DNA from: Octopus bimaculoides
Lineage: Eukaryota
Assembly (NCBI RefSeq): GCF_001194135.2
Contig: NC_068994.1
Span: forward strand, 18,393,962 to 18,457,961
Length of the DNA stretch: 64,000 bases
Direction of reading: 5' to 3'
Part shown: positions 22,955-35,558 of the stretch, in pieces
Layout of the letters: each line of letters begins with the position of its first letter
Numbering within the stretch: position 1 is the first letter of the stretch
Made by a program: the position numbers and the translations under genes
The notes under the pieces: model-generated
What the model saw: only the letters and a program-made list of their open reading frames with translations
Database searches by the model: none
What the model was told of the DNA's origin: nothing

Positions 22955-25137
22955 TCTCTCTTAACCGTAGAGAAAATAAGTGAAGCAATAGAAACATAGA
23001 AAAGAAAGCCTCAGTCATTTACAATGGCAATTAGACTGAAATACAATCGATCTTTTCTAGCTTCTTTACTTTTAACAATGAAGAAGATGGAAAGACATTT
23101 AGTAATGAATAGAGGGAAAGTCTTTCAGGTGTTTGTTTTCATTCTGGGAGTTCTAGAATGATTGAGTGCTAGTTCTTTCCCCCACCCCAGGTACTTATTT
23201 GCCTGCTTTCATAGTTCATGTCTTTTAGTTGGGGGGAAAGACCATGTTTTTGTCAGGCATGTTTAACGTTTCCTTTACAAAGTACAAACAAGCCCCACTC
23301 CCTTCCTTTTGTAGAAAAACTAATACAAATTTCGAATGGAGTATAGCCGTAAAAATATATGCATTTCAGAAAATAATGAACTTTTATTAAAATAAAATCA
23401 AGTGAATACACTGCCATCCTGAGAGCTGAGTGGAGGATGATCAAAACATTCGCATCTAGTTAAGGATTATACCATGTGTTTGTCTGAACAATCATTGGCT
23501 CAGTTCACCAAACAGTAAATAGTGAAGTTTGTGAGTTCCGATAAGTTTGTATGCCCTGAGAAGTAAAGGAAGAGGACATTCTGAGGAATTTTCAACTGTA
23601 TGATTTATTCCAGAACATCAGAAGGTTCCTCTCTCCTCTGCCTCACACAACATACAAATTTATCCAAACTCTCGAACTTGTTTGTATAATTTTTACCCAC
23701 ACAGACAGACTACTATCAGTTTTCTGAGACTACTTTTAACTATAAATAGATATCATGCAATAAAGCAGGGATCAGTGTATCTTGCAAGTGGGAATATTGA
23801 GTAACTGATGAAGTTTTATTAATTTATAGTGCTGATTTCAAGCCCCGAGGTAGGCCTTGAGCAAGCAATGAGAAATCACTCCTGGTTATCCTCACAAAAA
23901 AAGTCCTGAAGTTGGAAGCATCACATGGAGCTCAATTTTTATGTAAGGATTCCAGAAGCATGCGACAATTAATGAGGTGGAAAAGAGAGGAGAAAATTAA
24001 TTATAAATATATTTCTCTTTTAATGATGCTCAAATATGATTAAGAAAATATAGAAAAAAATTCCAAACAACATTACAGATTTCATTCATGTCAATTGCAA
24101 TGGCGTATTTATTCTCTCTCTCCCTGCATATATGAGTATGTGAGTGGGGTGGAGCGGTGGGGTATGAAATTGTACCTTTTCTTCTTCAGATTAGTAATAA
24201 TATGGCAGGTATGAAATAAAGGACGTATTTATTACCAGATAAAGCATATATAAAACGAGAAAATAAATGAGATTTTAAAAAATAACTAACAACAATACAA
24301 CATACCAGACAATTGGTAAATGCAGGATATTAAAGGAAATATAGTGAAAAATGCTGTTGCAGAAAAGGTGTCTTTCTGCAACAAAATATTGGCATATTGA
24401 CCTGTACTGGTTTTCTCCTATTCATTGGAACAGAACATACTTCAAAAAAAAAAAGTGTGTTGTGCACAATCTCTATAATAGTCATAGAAGAGAATTGAAG
24501 GATTTTGGTAGGTTTTTTTTTTATAAGGTAAATTATATTACACATTATAAGCACTGATCTGAGAAGGAAAAAAAGTAACAAGTTTTCTGTTGATTTTTCC
24601 CACCTCAAACTGATGCATATAATATGTAATATCATTTAGAATTCAAAAGTGTTTAGCTAATTTAAAGAATGATGTCAAAGCAATTATTCCTGACTGCTAG
24701 CTAGTAAGTTACGTTATCCCCCCCCACCCCCACCGCCATCTGTAAGCTTGCAGGTGAAGCTAATGGTGTTTTCACTGATAAATAAAATTACTGCTTCAAA
24801 AGGAGTCTGTTTCAATATTCATATTCAGTATTCAATATTGATGATGAGTGGAAACATACTGATGCATGATTATAAATTCAATATATTTTAACATTATAAT
24901 AGGTTGCAAGTATGTTAATTATTTATTAGTATATCAAAATACTTGTAGGTTGCAACAGGTGTTTTAAGTCTTTATTTTCCCATCCAAACCTGTGACTCAA
25001 TTAAACTATGAAGTAGAAAAGCTATCTATACATTTATTTTATTACTGGACACCTGTGGATATAGCCATGGGTCATAAATATTCAGTTTTTCAGTTAATTA
25101 CTTGCAGCAAATGTATTTAAAGGCTTTAATTGAATAA

Positions 25138-25242
25138 ATTACATGAGAGCACCGGTTCTCGTCCGATCACCGAAGTTAAACAACGTTGAGCCTAGTGAGT
25201 ACTTAGATGAGTGACCGCTTGGGAAACCTAGGGTCTGTAAGC
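25138..25242 (+). pseudogene. 5S rRNA-derived sequence (5'-truncated, decayed)
   Basis: GCACCGGTTCTCGTCCGATCACCGAAGTTAAACAACGTTGAGCCTAGTGAGTACTTAGATGAGTGACCGCTTGGGAA aligns by eye to the metazoan 5S consensus. Box A (AGTTAAGC) and box C (TGGATGGG) carry substitutions. Confidence 0.9.
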
Positions 25243-25306
25243 GTCACACACTAATGGCAGTGCATCAGCATGGCCGCAGCTCTGAGCTGAAACTACAGCA
25301 AAAAAA
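25138..25306 (+). mobile_element. Candidate 5S-derived SINE (SINE3)
   Basis: The 5S head is followed by GGCAGTGCATCAGCATGGCCGCAGC..GCTGAAAC and an A-run, which resembles the SINE-A 3' tail GGCGGTGCTCCAGCATGGCCGCAGTC..ACTGAAAC. Confidence 0.65.
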
Positions 25307-25309
25307 TAA

Positions 25310-25694
25310 GAGTGGCCTTGTGGTAAGTAGCTTGCTTAACAACCACATGGTTCCGGGTTCAGTCCCACTGCATGGCACCTTGGGCAAGTGTCTTCTACTA
25401 TAGCCTCGGGCCAACCAAAGCCTTGTGAGTGGATTTGGTAGACGGAAACTGAAAGAAGCCCATCGTATATATGTGTATGNNNNNNNNNNGTCTATGTTTG
25501 TCCCCCCACCATCGCTTGACAACCGATGCTGGTGTGTTTACATCCCCGTAACTTAGCGGTTCGGCAAAAAGAGACTGATAGAATAAGTACTAGGCTTACA
25601 AAGGATAAGTCCTGGGGTCGATTTTCTCAGCTAAAGGTGGTGCTCCAGCATGGCCGCAGTCAAATGACTGAAACAAGTAAAAGAGTAAAGAGTA
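25310..25694 (+). mobile_element. SINE family A directly after the 5S-derived element
   Basis: AGTGGCCTTGTGGTAAGTAGCTTGC...GAAACAAGTAAAAGAGTAAAGAGT; 10-N gap in the linker. Confidence 0.9.
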
Positions 25695-25884
25695 ATTACG
25701 CACACAGACAGACAGACACACACACACACAGACAGACAGACACACACACACTCACACACATCATCCTAACATGCACATCATATACAGTAAGCTTCCAAAA
25801 TGCTTTCACTTTGGCTCAACATACTGCTGAAATATTGATGGACATTTATCTAACTAAACAAGGAGAAAAGATATATTTTATATA

Positions 25885-26310
25885 AGTCACAGGCGTGGTT
25901 GTGTGGTAAGAAGCTTACTTTCCAGCCACATAGTTCCGAGTTCAATCCCACTGCGTGGCACCTTGGACAAGTGTTTTCTACTATAGCCTCAGACTGACCA
26001 GAACCTTGTGAGTGGATTTGGTAGATGGAAACTGAAAGAAGCTCATTGGGTGTATGTGTGTGTGTATACATATATATAATGTATGTATGTATTTATGTGT
26101 GCATGTGTCTGTTCCCCCACCATCACTTGACAACTGATGCTGGTGTGTTTATGTCCCAATAACTTAGTGATTCAGCAAAAGAGACTGATAGAATAAGTAC
26201 TAGACTTACAAAGAATAAATTCTGGGGTAGATTTCTTCAACTAGAACGCTTTAACGCAGTGCTCCAGCATGGCCGCAGTCAAATGACTGAAACAAGTGAA
26301 ATAATAAAGC
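25885..26310 (+). mobile_element. SINE family A abutting mariner copy 1
   Basis: Full copy; the tail merges with the AAAGAGTAAA just downstream of the transposase stop. Confidence 0.88.
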
Positions 26311-27075
26311 AATAAAGAGTAAATTTATTCAATAAAATCGCCATTGGCTTCAATCACAGCCTCCAGATGACTTCGGAATCTCCTGCAACTCTTCTGGATG
26401 GTCTCCTTGTGTAAGTTGGTGAATGTTGCTTTAATCCTTGCCTTCAATTCATCTTTAGTGTTACAAGGAGTTTTGTTGGTCTCTCGCTCAACTATGCCCC
26501 ACACATGATAATCAAAGGGGTTGCAGTCTGGGGAGTTAGGTGGTGAGATGTTAGGGGTGATATGGTCGCAGAAATTGTCTGACAGCCATGACTGGGTTCT
26601 GCTGCTTGTGTGGCATGGTGCAGTGTCCTGTTGCCAAATATAGGGTCTTCCAGCAGCCACCCTCTTGACCCAGGGCAGCACTACCGCCTCCAGGCACTTG
26701 ATGTAGGCATCTGTGTTAAGACTGAGGAGATGAGAAGACTGAGGCCATGTGAAAAGATGAAAGGAGGCAAAACGTCACCATCATTAGTGATCACTCCAAA
26801 TACCATGATGTTGATTGGATGTTTGATTTTTATCACTCTCGGTTCATGTCCTCAGACTGACACCCCAACACTCTGAAATGCTCATATTGGAACCTCCAGC
26901 ATGAATACCAAGCAGTACAGCATGTCGTTTTGAAATTTCTGGCAGAGTGAATAGTGTCATGGTGCTGTTTTTCTCACAGACAGTGCCCAATTGACCTTAC
27001 TATAACATGCAGTTGACAAAATCAAAAGCAAACATTAAAAGTATAAAATGGTGACAATTTACCCATCGTATCCTG
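26311..27075 (-). mobile_element. Internally deleted Tc1/mariner DD37D (maT) element, copy 1
   Basis: ORF 26325-26681 has YIWQQDTAPCH...PPNSPDCNPFDY with 37 residues between the two Asp. N-terminal stub MTLFTLPEISKRHAVLLG starts at 26960. 5' TIR CAGGATACGATGGGTAAATTGTC abuts (TA)n; the 3' end is replaced by a SINE-A tail. Confidence 0.9.
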
Positions 27076-27111
<36 letters not shown>

Positions 27112-27185
27112 TATTTATATATATATATATATACACACATATTTATATATATATACAGACACACAGACACAGACATATATATATA
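27076..27185. repeat. (TA)n/(CA)n compound microsatellite
   Basis: Direct reading. Similar tracts at 7916-7950, 13843-13870, 14076-14107, 29337-29383, 33080-33175, 49385-49437 and 51186-51320. Confidence 0.95.
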
Positions 27186-27378
27186 GAAATTACACATTTC
27201 TATGGATTGTGGAGGGTTTTGTAACTTCTCTTCATAAAACTTATGGTATAATATAATGCAATATGGTGTTTATATTTATAAGTGTACTATATATCGTTTA
27301 CCGTTTACTTGTTTCAGTCATTAGACTGTGGCCATGCTGGGGCACCACCTTCAGAAATTCTATAAAATTTTGATATAC

Positions 27379-27414
<36 letters not shown>

Positions 27415-27879
27415 TTGTATGTATGTATAGATGATAGCTTTATGTACATATGTGGTATTTTTATACCATCTCATATTTTTATTCTTTCTTATATCATTTC
27501 ATGTTTTTTTCATAATGTTGGTAATTTTTATATAAAAATATTTTTTCAAGGTTTTTTTTAAAAATAAGTTTACCTGATATAGAAATATTTATCTTATTTT
27601 TGTAGCCTTTAATCTCTGGTTTTGATTCAATATGTACTCCTGCTCTGATGATATCTTAATTTGAGTATAGGTTCATTGTGGAATAGTTTTAGCATGACCA
27701 CCTTAGCAATATGTTAGGAAAAGGCCTTATGAGCTCTCTCTTGTATATCAAAGCACCCCACTTTTAAGGTTTAGGTTGATTTATCTATCCTTTTTCTCTT
27801 ACATGGTTCTAAAATCCTTCTTTAAATTTTAATAAAATATATAAATTTTTGCTAAGTTAGGATACACCTCATTTCCCTC

Positions 27880-28035
27880 ACCTTTAATTCCCACATTTGG
27901 AACTCATTGTGACTTCTTTTGCTTCCCAATCTATGCAGCTTTTATTTGATAATTATTTGACAATATGTTTAGCTACCCCTGTCGTTCCTCTTTCTGGTTA
28001 TCACTTCTTCTTTATCTGCCATTATCTTACTAGCA
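27880..28035 (-). mobile_element. Possible decayed Penelope GIY-YIG endonuclease remnant
   Basis: Broken minus frames KYIRVASK.. and GTTGVAKH..CIDWEAK resemble the YIGET..R..EH..SAVA.H..H.IDW pattern; weak. Confidence 0.25.
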
Positions 28036-28446
28036 ACCCTGATATATTTCCTTTTATGTAGATAAGGCTGAATATATGGTCCCAGTAAAATAGCCCCCAC
28101 TCCCACCCCACTAGGGAGAGTATTTGACATTAATTAATTATCACCATCAACAAGAACTTAACTGTCAGTTCCCAATGGATTTAGTTCTAAGGGCTGGTAG
28201 ACAACAGGCTGCATTAAGTCTTATGAATGTGATAAAGATAAATATAAATGTAGCTATATCACCATTCCTCTTTCTTGATCCCCATTATTTTCACCTGCCA
28301 CCCTAAATTGTAGTAGGCTTTAGGTATACATTCTATCCCTAAATTCATTCTGCCACAAAAATGGCAAATTGAAACAATGTAATTATTTTAGTCTCTTGTA
28401 CTAATGAAATTTTGCTAAAAAATAATGGATTGTTCTTTATGTTGGA

Positions 28447-28845
28447 AGGCTGTGTGGTAAGTAGCTTGCTCACCAACCACATGGTTCCGGGTTCAGTCCC
28501 ACTGCGTGGTACCTTGGGCAAGTGTCTTCTACTATAGCCTCGGGCTGACCAAATCTTTGTGAGTGGATTTGGTAGATGGAAACTGAAAGAAGCCCATCGT
28601 ATATATGTATATATATGTATGTGTGTGTGTATATGTTTGCGTGTCTGTGTTTGTCCCCCCAACATCGCTTGACAACCGATGCTGGTGTGTTTACGTCCCC
28701 GTAACTTAGCGGTTTGGCAAAAGAGACCAATAGAATAAGTACTAGGCTTCCAAAGAATAAGTCCTGGGGTCGATTTGTTTGACTAAAAGTGGTGCTCCAG
28801 CATGGCCACAGTCAAATGACTAAAACAAGTAAAAGAGTAAAAGAG
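28447..28845 (+). mobile_element. SINE family A (young)
   Basis: Close to the family consensus across its length. Confidence 0.9.
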
Positions 28846-29343
28846 GTCATCTGCATCTAAGGAGAGCAGTTTATTTCAAATTGATATAATGTTTTCATTG
28901 ATTGATTAAATGGAGCTGCTTGAAATGGCCATAATGCATTGATACCTGGACATCCTTGTTACATATTTGCTTTTTATTCACCTAACTTCGAGCTGCGTGG
29001 ACTATACTGGACTGGCTTGGTGCCTCAATTTAAGTACCTAATTCAACTGCATCTTAATTATATATACACATATATTTACTGCATACATACTCACATACAT
29101 ACATTTACATACCTACGCTTAGATTTAGAATGGTGGCAGCTGATGAAGGAAATATTCTCTATGTGGCCTGTGTGTTTTCTGTGCTCTGTTTATCATTTTG
29201 TCCACATTTTTTTGCAACGTCCTGTACCCAGACATGCATCTATATATACATGTAGATGTAGGTATGTACATAGATGTACGTATATATGCATATACTCATA
29301 TATTATTTGTATTATATATTTAAATACATAGACATGCACACAC

Positions 29344-29387
<44 letters not shown>

Positions 29388-30189
29388 ATGCACAATGTAT
29401 ACATGGACAGCTAAAATTACATAGATTTCTACTCATTATTTAATTAACCTTTGCTTGTCCTGTATATCACATCCAATAAATACACAGGACATATTTTACC
29501 TGGTGTCCATGTATCACATAGTATACATGTTTCAACCGCCAGAGTAACTTGGGACGTATTAAAGAAAGCTTTACATTACTCAGAACATATCTGAAAATAA
29601 GCATCGATGGTTGAGGGTAAACTTATGGAACTGCTTTGGATGGGCCAAAGGTTGAATCATCTGTCAGTGTTTCAATAAAATATAGAGCCACAGTGAAAGT
29701 ATCATAGCAGTTTATATTGCATTTGATGATGGAGAGAGTAAGGGGAGGCGGAGGGAGGGTGAGAGAGGGAAAGAAAGATAAATAGATAGATAGATAGATA
29801 GAGATGAAGTCACATTGCCAGTTATATAAATAGCTAGTTTCACTGAGATAATTTAAGGAAGCCAAATTGCAATAAGAACACAAAACTTTGTTTTTGATTG
29901 ATAAAGAGTTGATGATGCAGATCTTGGGTTCCATCCTTGATTACACATTTACACTGATCAAACTTGCACACTGATCGCTCATTGTATTTCTATGTAATAG
30001 TCAAGCATAATAAACCATATCCATAAATGATTTAACCTTAAAGCATTTAAACCAACCACATCCAGCCAAAATGTTTTATCCATTTTATATTCAAACCATC
30101 CAGATCTGGCTTTTCACACCTACCCAACTATGTTGTTGCGGAAATAAACAATTACACCATTGAAATCTCAAAGCTATGAGATAATGCAT

Positions 30190-30645
30190 ACTCCTTACTC
30201 TTTTTACTTGTTTCAGTCATTTGACTGCGGCCATGCTGGAGCACCGCCTTTTTAGTCGAATAAATTGACCCCAAGACTTATTCTTTGTAAGCCTAGTACT
30301 TATTCTATCGGTCTCTTTTGCTGAACCGCTAAGTTACGGGGACGTAAACACACCAGCATCGGTTGTCAAGCGATGTTGGGGGCACAAACACAGACACACA
30401 AACATATACACACACATACATACATATATATATATATATATANNNNNNNNNNNNNNNNNNNNNNNNNNNNNNNNNNNNNNNNNNNNNNNNNNNNNNNNNN
30501 NNNNNNTATATACATACACATGATGGGCTTCTTTCAGTTTCCGTCTACCAAATCCACTCACAAGGCTTTGGTCGGCCCAAGGCTATAGTAGAAGACACTT
30601 GCCCAAGATGCCACGCAGTGGGACTGAACCCGGAACCATGTGGTT
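30190..30645 (-). mobile_element. SINE family A (young), inserted in a piggyBac-like MITE
   Basis: Reverse copy with an N gap in the linker; preceded by the MITE half at 30032-30190. Confidence 0.9.
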
Positions 30646-32102
30646 CTTAAAGCAGATTTTAAATCTTTTAACAATTCCTGAGGAAATTCCATCAGGAAAA
30701 CTAGTACAAAACAGTTAAAACTATAACATTCAACTATGAATTGACATAATAACTAATTTTAACATGTCTTGGCCTGGATTGGTTGTTTAACCACACCGTA
30801 GGATGATGATGATTACGACGATGATGATGACGATGATGATGATGATGATGATGACAACAACTATCAGGTAATGCAAGATTATGGAGAATTACCCAATCTG
30901 TTGCAATTGGTTGTAATGACTACTATATATAATCAATTCTTATTTTTTTGTCAATGATTAAAAAAAAAAGAGGAGGCAAGTGTATGAGAGAGAGAGAGAG
31001 AGAGACTAAGTAATAAGAAAATGGGAAAGGAAGGAAAAGAAATCCAATATTTATATTAAAGATTGAAGATGATTATAAAAGAAACTTAGGTTTACTTCTA
31101 CCTAGATAACATTTTGCTCATAATGTTCACTTGGGCAATCATTTATAAATATAATGCAGCTGGCATGCTGTTGAGGACTATCAACAAATCCACAAAAAAC
31201 TACAATAATTATGACTGAAGATAAATCATCCAATTTTATGAGTAATATTTTCAGGTTACTGACTTCCTTCTAAATATAGTTAATTCAAAGAGAAAAAAGG
31301 GAAAGACATTTAAAAAAAATTTAGAATGAAAACAATGACCTGAATATATTCTGCATAAAAAATAATAATGACTTGTCTGTTAGTTTATAAACGTATATTA
31401 TGTCTCTAGTAATTTAGAACAACCTGTCAATGTTGTTGATTTTGGCTAATTTTTTATCCTAACCTAATTATTTTTAATTGTTACAGATGTGTTGATCATG
31501 ACAGATTGATTAACTATTAGGTGGTAGCAAATAAACAACAATGTGTTTATACTGATGAAGTACAAAAACATGTATATCTACTAAAATACAGAAGAAATAT
31601 GTATTTACTCAAATACAGAAGAAAATATATTATTTCTCTACAATTTTCATTCTACTTCTTCATCAAAATACAGTTACTGTCTCCTCTCCATACATATGAT
31701 GGGTGTTAGACTAAACCTGAACCTATGCTTTGGGTGACTTTAGCAGAAATTGCTTTGCTGCAAGCATGAGCACCATAACTTTTGTTTAAGAGTATCTTCA
31801 TCTAACCCACCAGTTTTGGAGACCCTGTAAAGCAGTGATTCTCAATGGTAGATCCCTACAGCCATTCAATGTTCAGGTCTTACTCTTTTACTCTTTTTAC
31901 TTGTTTCAGTCATTTGACTGCGGCCATGCTGGAGCACCGCCTTTAGTCAAACAAATCGACCATAGGACTTATTCTTTGTAAGCCTAGTACTTATTCTATC
32001 GGTCTCTTTTGCTGAACCGCTAAGTGACGGGGATGTAAACACACCAGCATCGGTTGTCAAGCGATGGTAGGGGGACAAACGCACATACATACATATATAT
32101 AC

Positions 32103-32214
32103 ATTATTTAAAAGCAGCAGAAATATAACAAAAGACTGTTACTCTGAGTTTCACGTTCCCATTCATCAGACAGTTTTTTCCACCTTGTTGCACATTTTAT
32201 GTGCTTACTCCGGT
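32103..32214 (-). mobile_element. ~110-bp hammerhead-bearing insert (Penelope-like/retrozyme-like remnant) nested in the microsatellite linker of a SINE-A copy
   Basis: Absent from other SINE-A copies in the window and flanked by (TA)-rich sequence. Carries the hammerhead plus a GCACAT-AAA-ATGTGC hairpin. Minimal type I hammerheads are characteristic of Penelope-like elements. Confidence 0.5.
32130..32179 (-). ncRNA. Minimal type I hammerhead ribozyme
   Basis: Minus strand reads ACTGT CTGATGA ATG-GGAA-CGT GAAA CTCAGAG TA ACAGT. Stem I ACUGU/ACAGU, core CUGAUGA and GAAA, 3-bp stem II with GNRA loop, short near-palindromic stem III (ACUCAGAGU), GUA cleavage triplet. Predicted cut between 32140 and 32139. 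Confidence 0.8.
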
Positions 32215-33112
32215 ATATATACATACATATATATGACGGGCTTCTTTCAGTTTTCGTCTATCAAATCCACTCACAAGGCTTTGGTCGGACCGAGGCTATA
32301 GTAGAAGACACTTGTCCAAGGTGCCACGCAGTGTGACTGAGTGACTGTGGTGGTAAGCAAGCTACTTACCACACAGCCACTCCTGCATCTTCTAAATATT
32401 TCTTTCAAAAATTTTATTTCGTCTATCACACATTCATTTGTATAAGCCAGAAAAACCTAGCTGTTTCTTGCAATAAATACATCCAAATCAAACTTTCTTT
32501 TTCCTGCACCCATAAAACATTACTGCAGACCCAATTTACTATCTTGCTTGTGTGGACAAGCAAAAATCTTATATGGACCATAAGGGGTCATATAGACCCT
32601 GGTTAAGAACCACTGATTTAAAGGATCATGAGGCCTCCCTCTCTTATGACTAAAAAAAAAAACAATCATACAAAAAATAATAAAAATAAAAATAACACTG
32701 TTTAATTTGCAAATTTTTCTGAATGACACCAAAGCAAGTAAAAACATTTGTTACATGAAATGATGTTTAGATCAACAAAAAATTGTTTACAGAGAAATCT
32801 TTTAAGATTTGACACTTGCAAATGTTGTTTATTGGGTTAAGCTTCAGTGTGAGCAAGGAAGTAGCAGGTAACTCAATGCTGTAACATGCACTCAATAAGT
32901 TGAAAGGTGTGTGATGTTGAAGACATTCCCCCAAAAGATCACTTGTACCACCATTTCTCAACAGTTCTTATATTTCTTCAATGTTTGTGAAGCACTATTA
33001 GTTCTATTTGTTGATCAAATATTGGATAAACAGTGTTGGTGTAGTAATTATATACACACATAGCTATGCAAATGTGTGCGTGTGTATGTATGTATGTATG
33101 TATGTATGTATG

Positions 33113-33178
<66 letters not shown>

Positions 33179-34099
33179 TGTGATAAATAGTTTTACAAAG
33201 CCCATATTTACAGGTTGTGCACAACTCACTTTACACAACTGTATACATAAGAGGGTGAAAAGGAGAGATTTGGTGTCACATGATTATGAAATGCAAAGAA
33301 CTATGGGAAATTTTTAACCAAGTTTTTACATTTTTTTTCTTTGCTGGCTGGGAGATAAGGAGAGTTATTTTTAATTCAAATTACAAGTTTATATAAATAA
33401 TTTTCGGAATAAAAAAAACATGACATTTGTAGGTTAATTTATGGTGTTATTTCTGCTATAATTAAGGATTCTTATAATGTTCTATGTTTTTTTTATCACT
33501 GATTTTTAAGTAATATATTGTTTTTTTATATGTTGTTCTAGTAAGGTATATTCTTTCTGTGTGTACATATTGCGCTTTGTTGGAAGTGCAAAGTAAGATG
33601 TTTTGACAAGGGCATGAAAGGTTAAAACTGCTCGTTATGATTACAATTCTAACAGCAAATAACTTTAGGCTGATGATCTTTGCAATCATGACACCCAAAG
33701 TTCACTCCCACTGTATGACAGCATGACTATTTTATCATGGGCTTGAGTCAACTGTTAATGAAGTTGGGTGCATGAAATTGGATAGAAGAAACCCACTGGA
33801 TGGAGTATACAGATTGGCAGAATCTGATGAGCCCAAGGATTGCATTGTGCTCCAGGGTCTGCTTTGACATGGTTTCTATGACTGGATGCCCTTCCTTCCT
33901 AGTCACACTCACACTGTTTCATGCTGATTCTACCTGAGGATTATATGAAAGGTACAAATGTATGTGAAATACTCAACCACTTAACACTTTGCATTCAACT
34001 CCACACTTCATACCCTTGGCCAGTTCCTTCCAAATTTTTTCCCTTTCACTCCGAAAGGCTCCCCACATGCCAAGGGTAAGAATACTTCCAGCTACTTCA

Positions 34100-34745
34100 A
34101 ACAAACATGGCTGGTTGATGTGACGATATCCCTTCCATTACACTTCAACAATATAACCTCAGGAATTGCTCCTACATTTACCAAATTGCCTAACGTCCCC
34201 TTCTCTACAGGAATATCATGCTTTAGTACACTTTATTCCAAAGAAAGACAGCAACTCTAGCCCAACAAACTTTTGCCCAATTCCTCTCACCTCTAACAAG
34301 AAGGTAATGTAGATAGCCATTGACAAGGACATTCTCCATCACCATGAATCAATCCCTCCTCCCTCTCCCCTTAGTGATCACCATTACGGCTTCTGCAGAG
34401 CCAGATCCACTGGGGCCCTACTCTCTTATGTCATTCCTCCTCAGCAGGGTCTCGTTTTAGAGATGTTCAGTAAAAGCAATATAGTTGCTTTAGACATCAG
34501 CAAAGCAGTCACTATTGTGTCTGGCATGGAAATCCATCAAAACGTCCTGCATATGGGCTCCACCTACAATTTCTTGGGTTGTCAGTTCCACTATTATGAC
34601 CTCTGGTATGTTCAACCCCTCCTATGTCGACTGACCACTGTGCCCAATACTTGTTCCCTTAGAATATTGGCCCTTCTGGAATCTCCTTCCCGCATACATC
34701 TTCCCAGCAGATGTTGATCTGCAACAGTTAACAATCATACCAGTC
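34100..34745 (+). mobile_element. Highly decayed CR1/Jockey-like LINE reverse transcriptase remnant
   Basis: Broken frames read ALVHFIPKK..PTNFCPIPLTS, SDHHYGFCRARSTG, IVALDISKA and LALWNLLP, which are RT-domain and C-terminal motifs. Confidence 0.6.
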
Positions 34746-34799
34746 TTGAAGGGCCTGAAAAAAAACCATAAGTTATATCCCTTCCTCCAGAATCCCCCT

Positions 34800-35180
34800 C
34801 CTCATCATCATCATTTGACATACATTTTCCATCCTGGCAGTGGTTGGACGGCTTGACAGGAACTGGTAGGGTCAGGGGCTGCACCAAGCTCCATAGTCTG
34901 TTTTGGATTGGTTTCTATGGCTGGATGTCCATCCTAATGCCAACTACTCCACAGCTACTTGGGTGCTTTTTACATGGCACCAGCATCAGTGCTTTTTATG
35001 AGCTGCCAGCACCCACACCAACACTTTTAATGTGGCACCTTGGTTTTACGATTTCAATTCTGTTGTGTGGCTGGGTCTTCTCAAGTACAGCCGTGAACCA
35101 CATATCTTATTCCTCTGTCATCTCCTTCATAAGGATCAGTGTTTTGAGATCGGCCTTCAGTACTCTGTCCCATGTATTCC
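34800..35180 (-). mobile_element. RTE-type 3' end plus (GAT)n-tailed UTR
   Basis: Left end TCATCATCATCATTTGACATACATTTTCCAT; the right part reverse-complements to an RPRNTW..VLKADL-like frame. Confidence 0.5.
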
Positions 35181-35558
35181 TGGGTCTAGTGTATCAAATA
35201 ACTGCAATATTCATTGTTGAAACTGTTGGTGAATCCACAGACATGCTCTTGTATATATTCTTTAAATGTTGTTATGATGTTTCATGCAACATTCATTGCA
35301 GCATCATAGTTACATTTCAAAATAATAAATTCCTTTATATAAAGGAAAATGGTAAAGATGGTTTAAGCTGAAGCCATGGTACCTGCTCAAAACTAAGAAT
35401 GTAGCTTTGGAAAGGTGCTAGTAAATAAACAAACTGAAAAATGAATAACTTTGATATGAAAAGCCTGTTTCTTAAGGGAATTAAAACAATTTTCCTTCAA
35501 AAAAAAAAGAAAAAAAAAAGGAAAAAAAAAAACGAAAGAAAAAAAAGACTACATTCAA

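Larger units (their letters stand above)
31879..32389 (-). mobile_element. SINE family A carrying the hammerhead insert in its linker
   Basis: Tail part ~31879-32085, head part ~32230-32389. Confidence 0.9.

Noticed and set aside
29135-29175. CTGATGAAGG motif in a probable interspersed repeat
   Set aside because: No downstream stem II/GAAA/stem III.
29500-29934. Donor CAG|GTAAAA at 29500 and a 103-aa ORF
   Set aside because: The phase-1 frame has no ATG, the ORF is not linked to the donor, and the donor is weaker.
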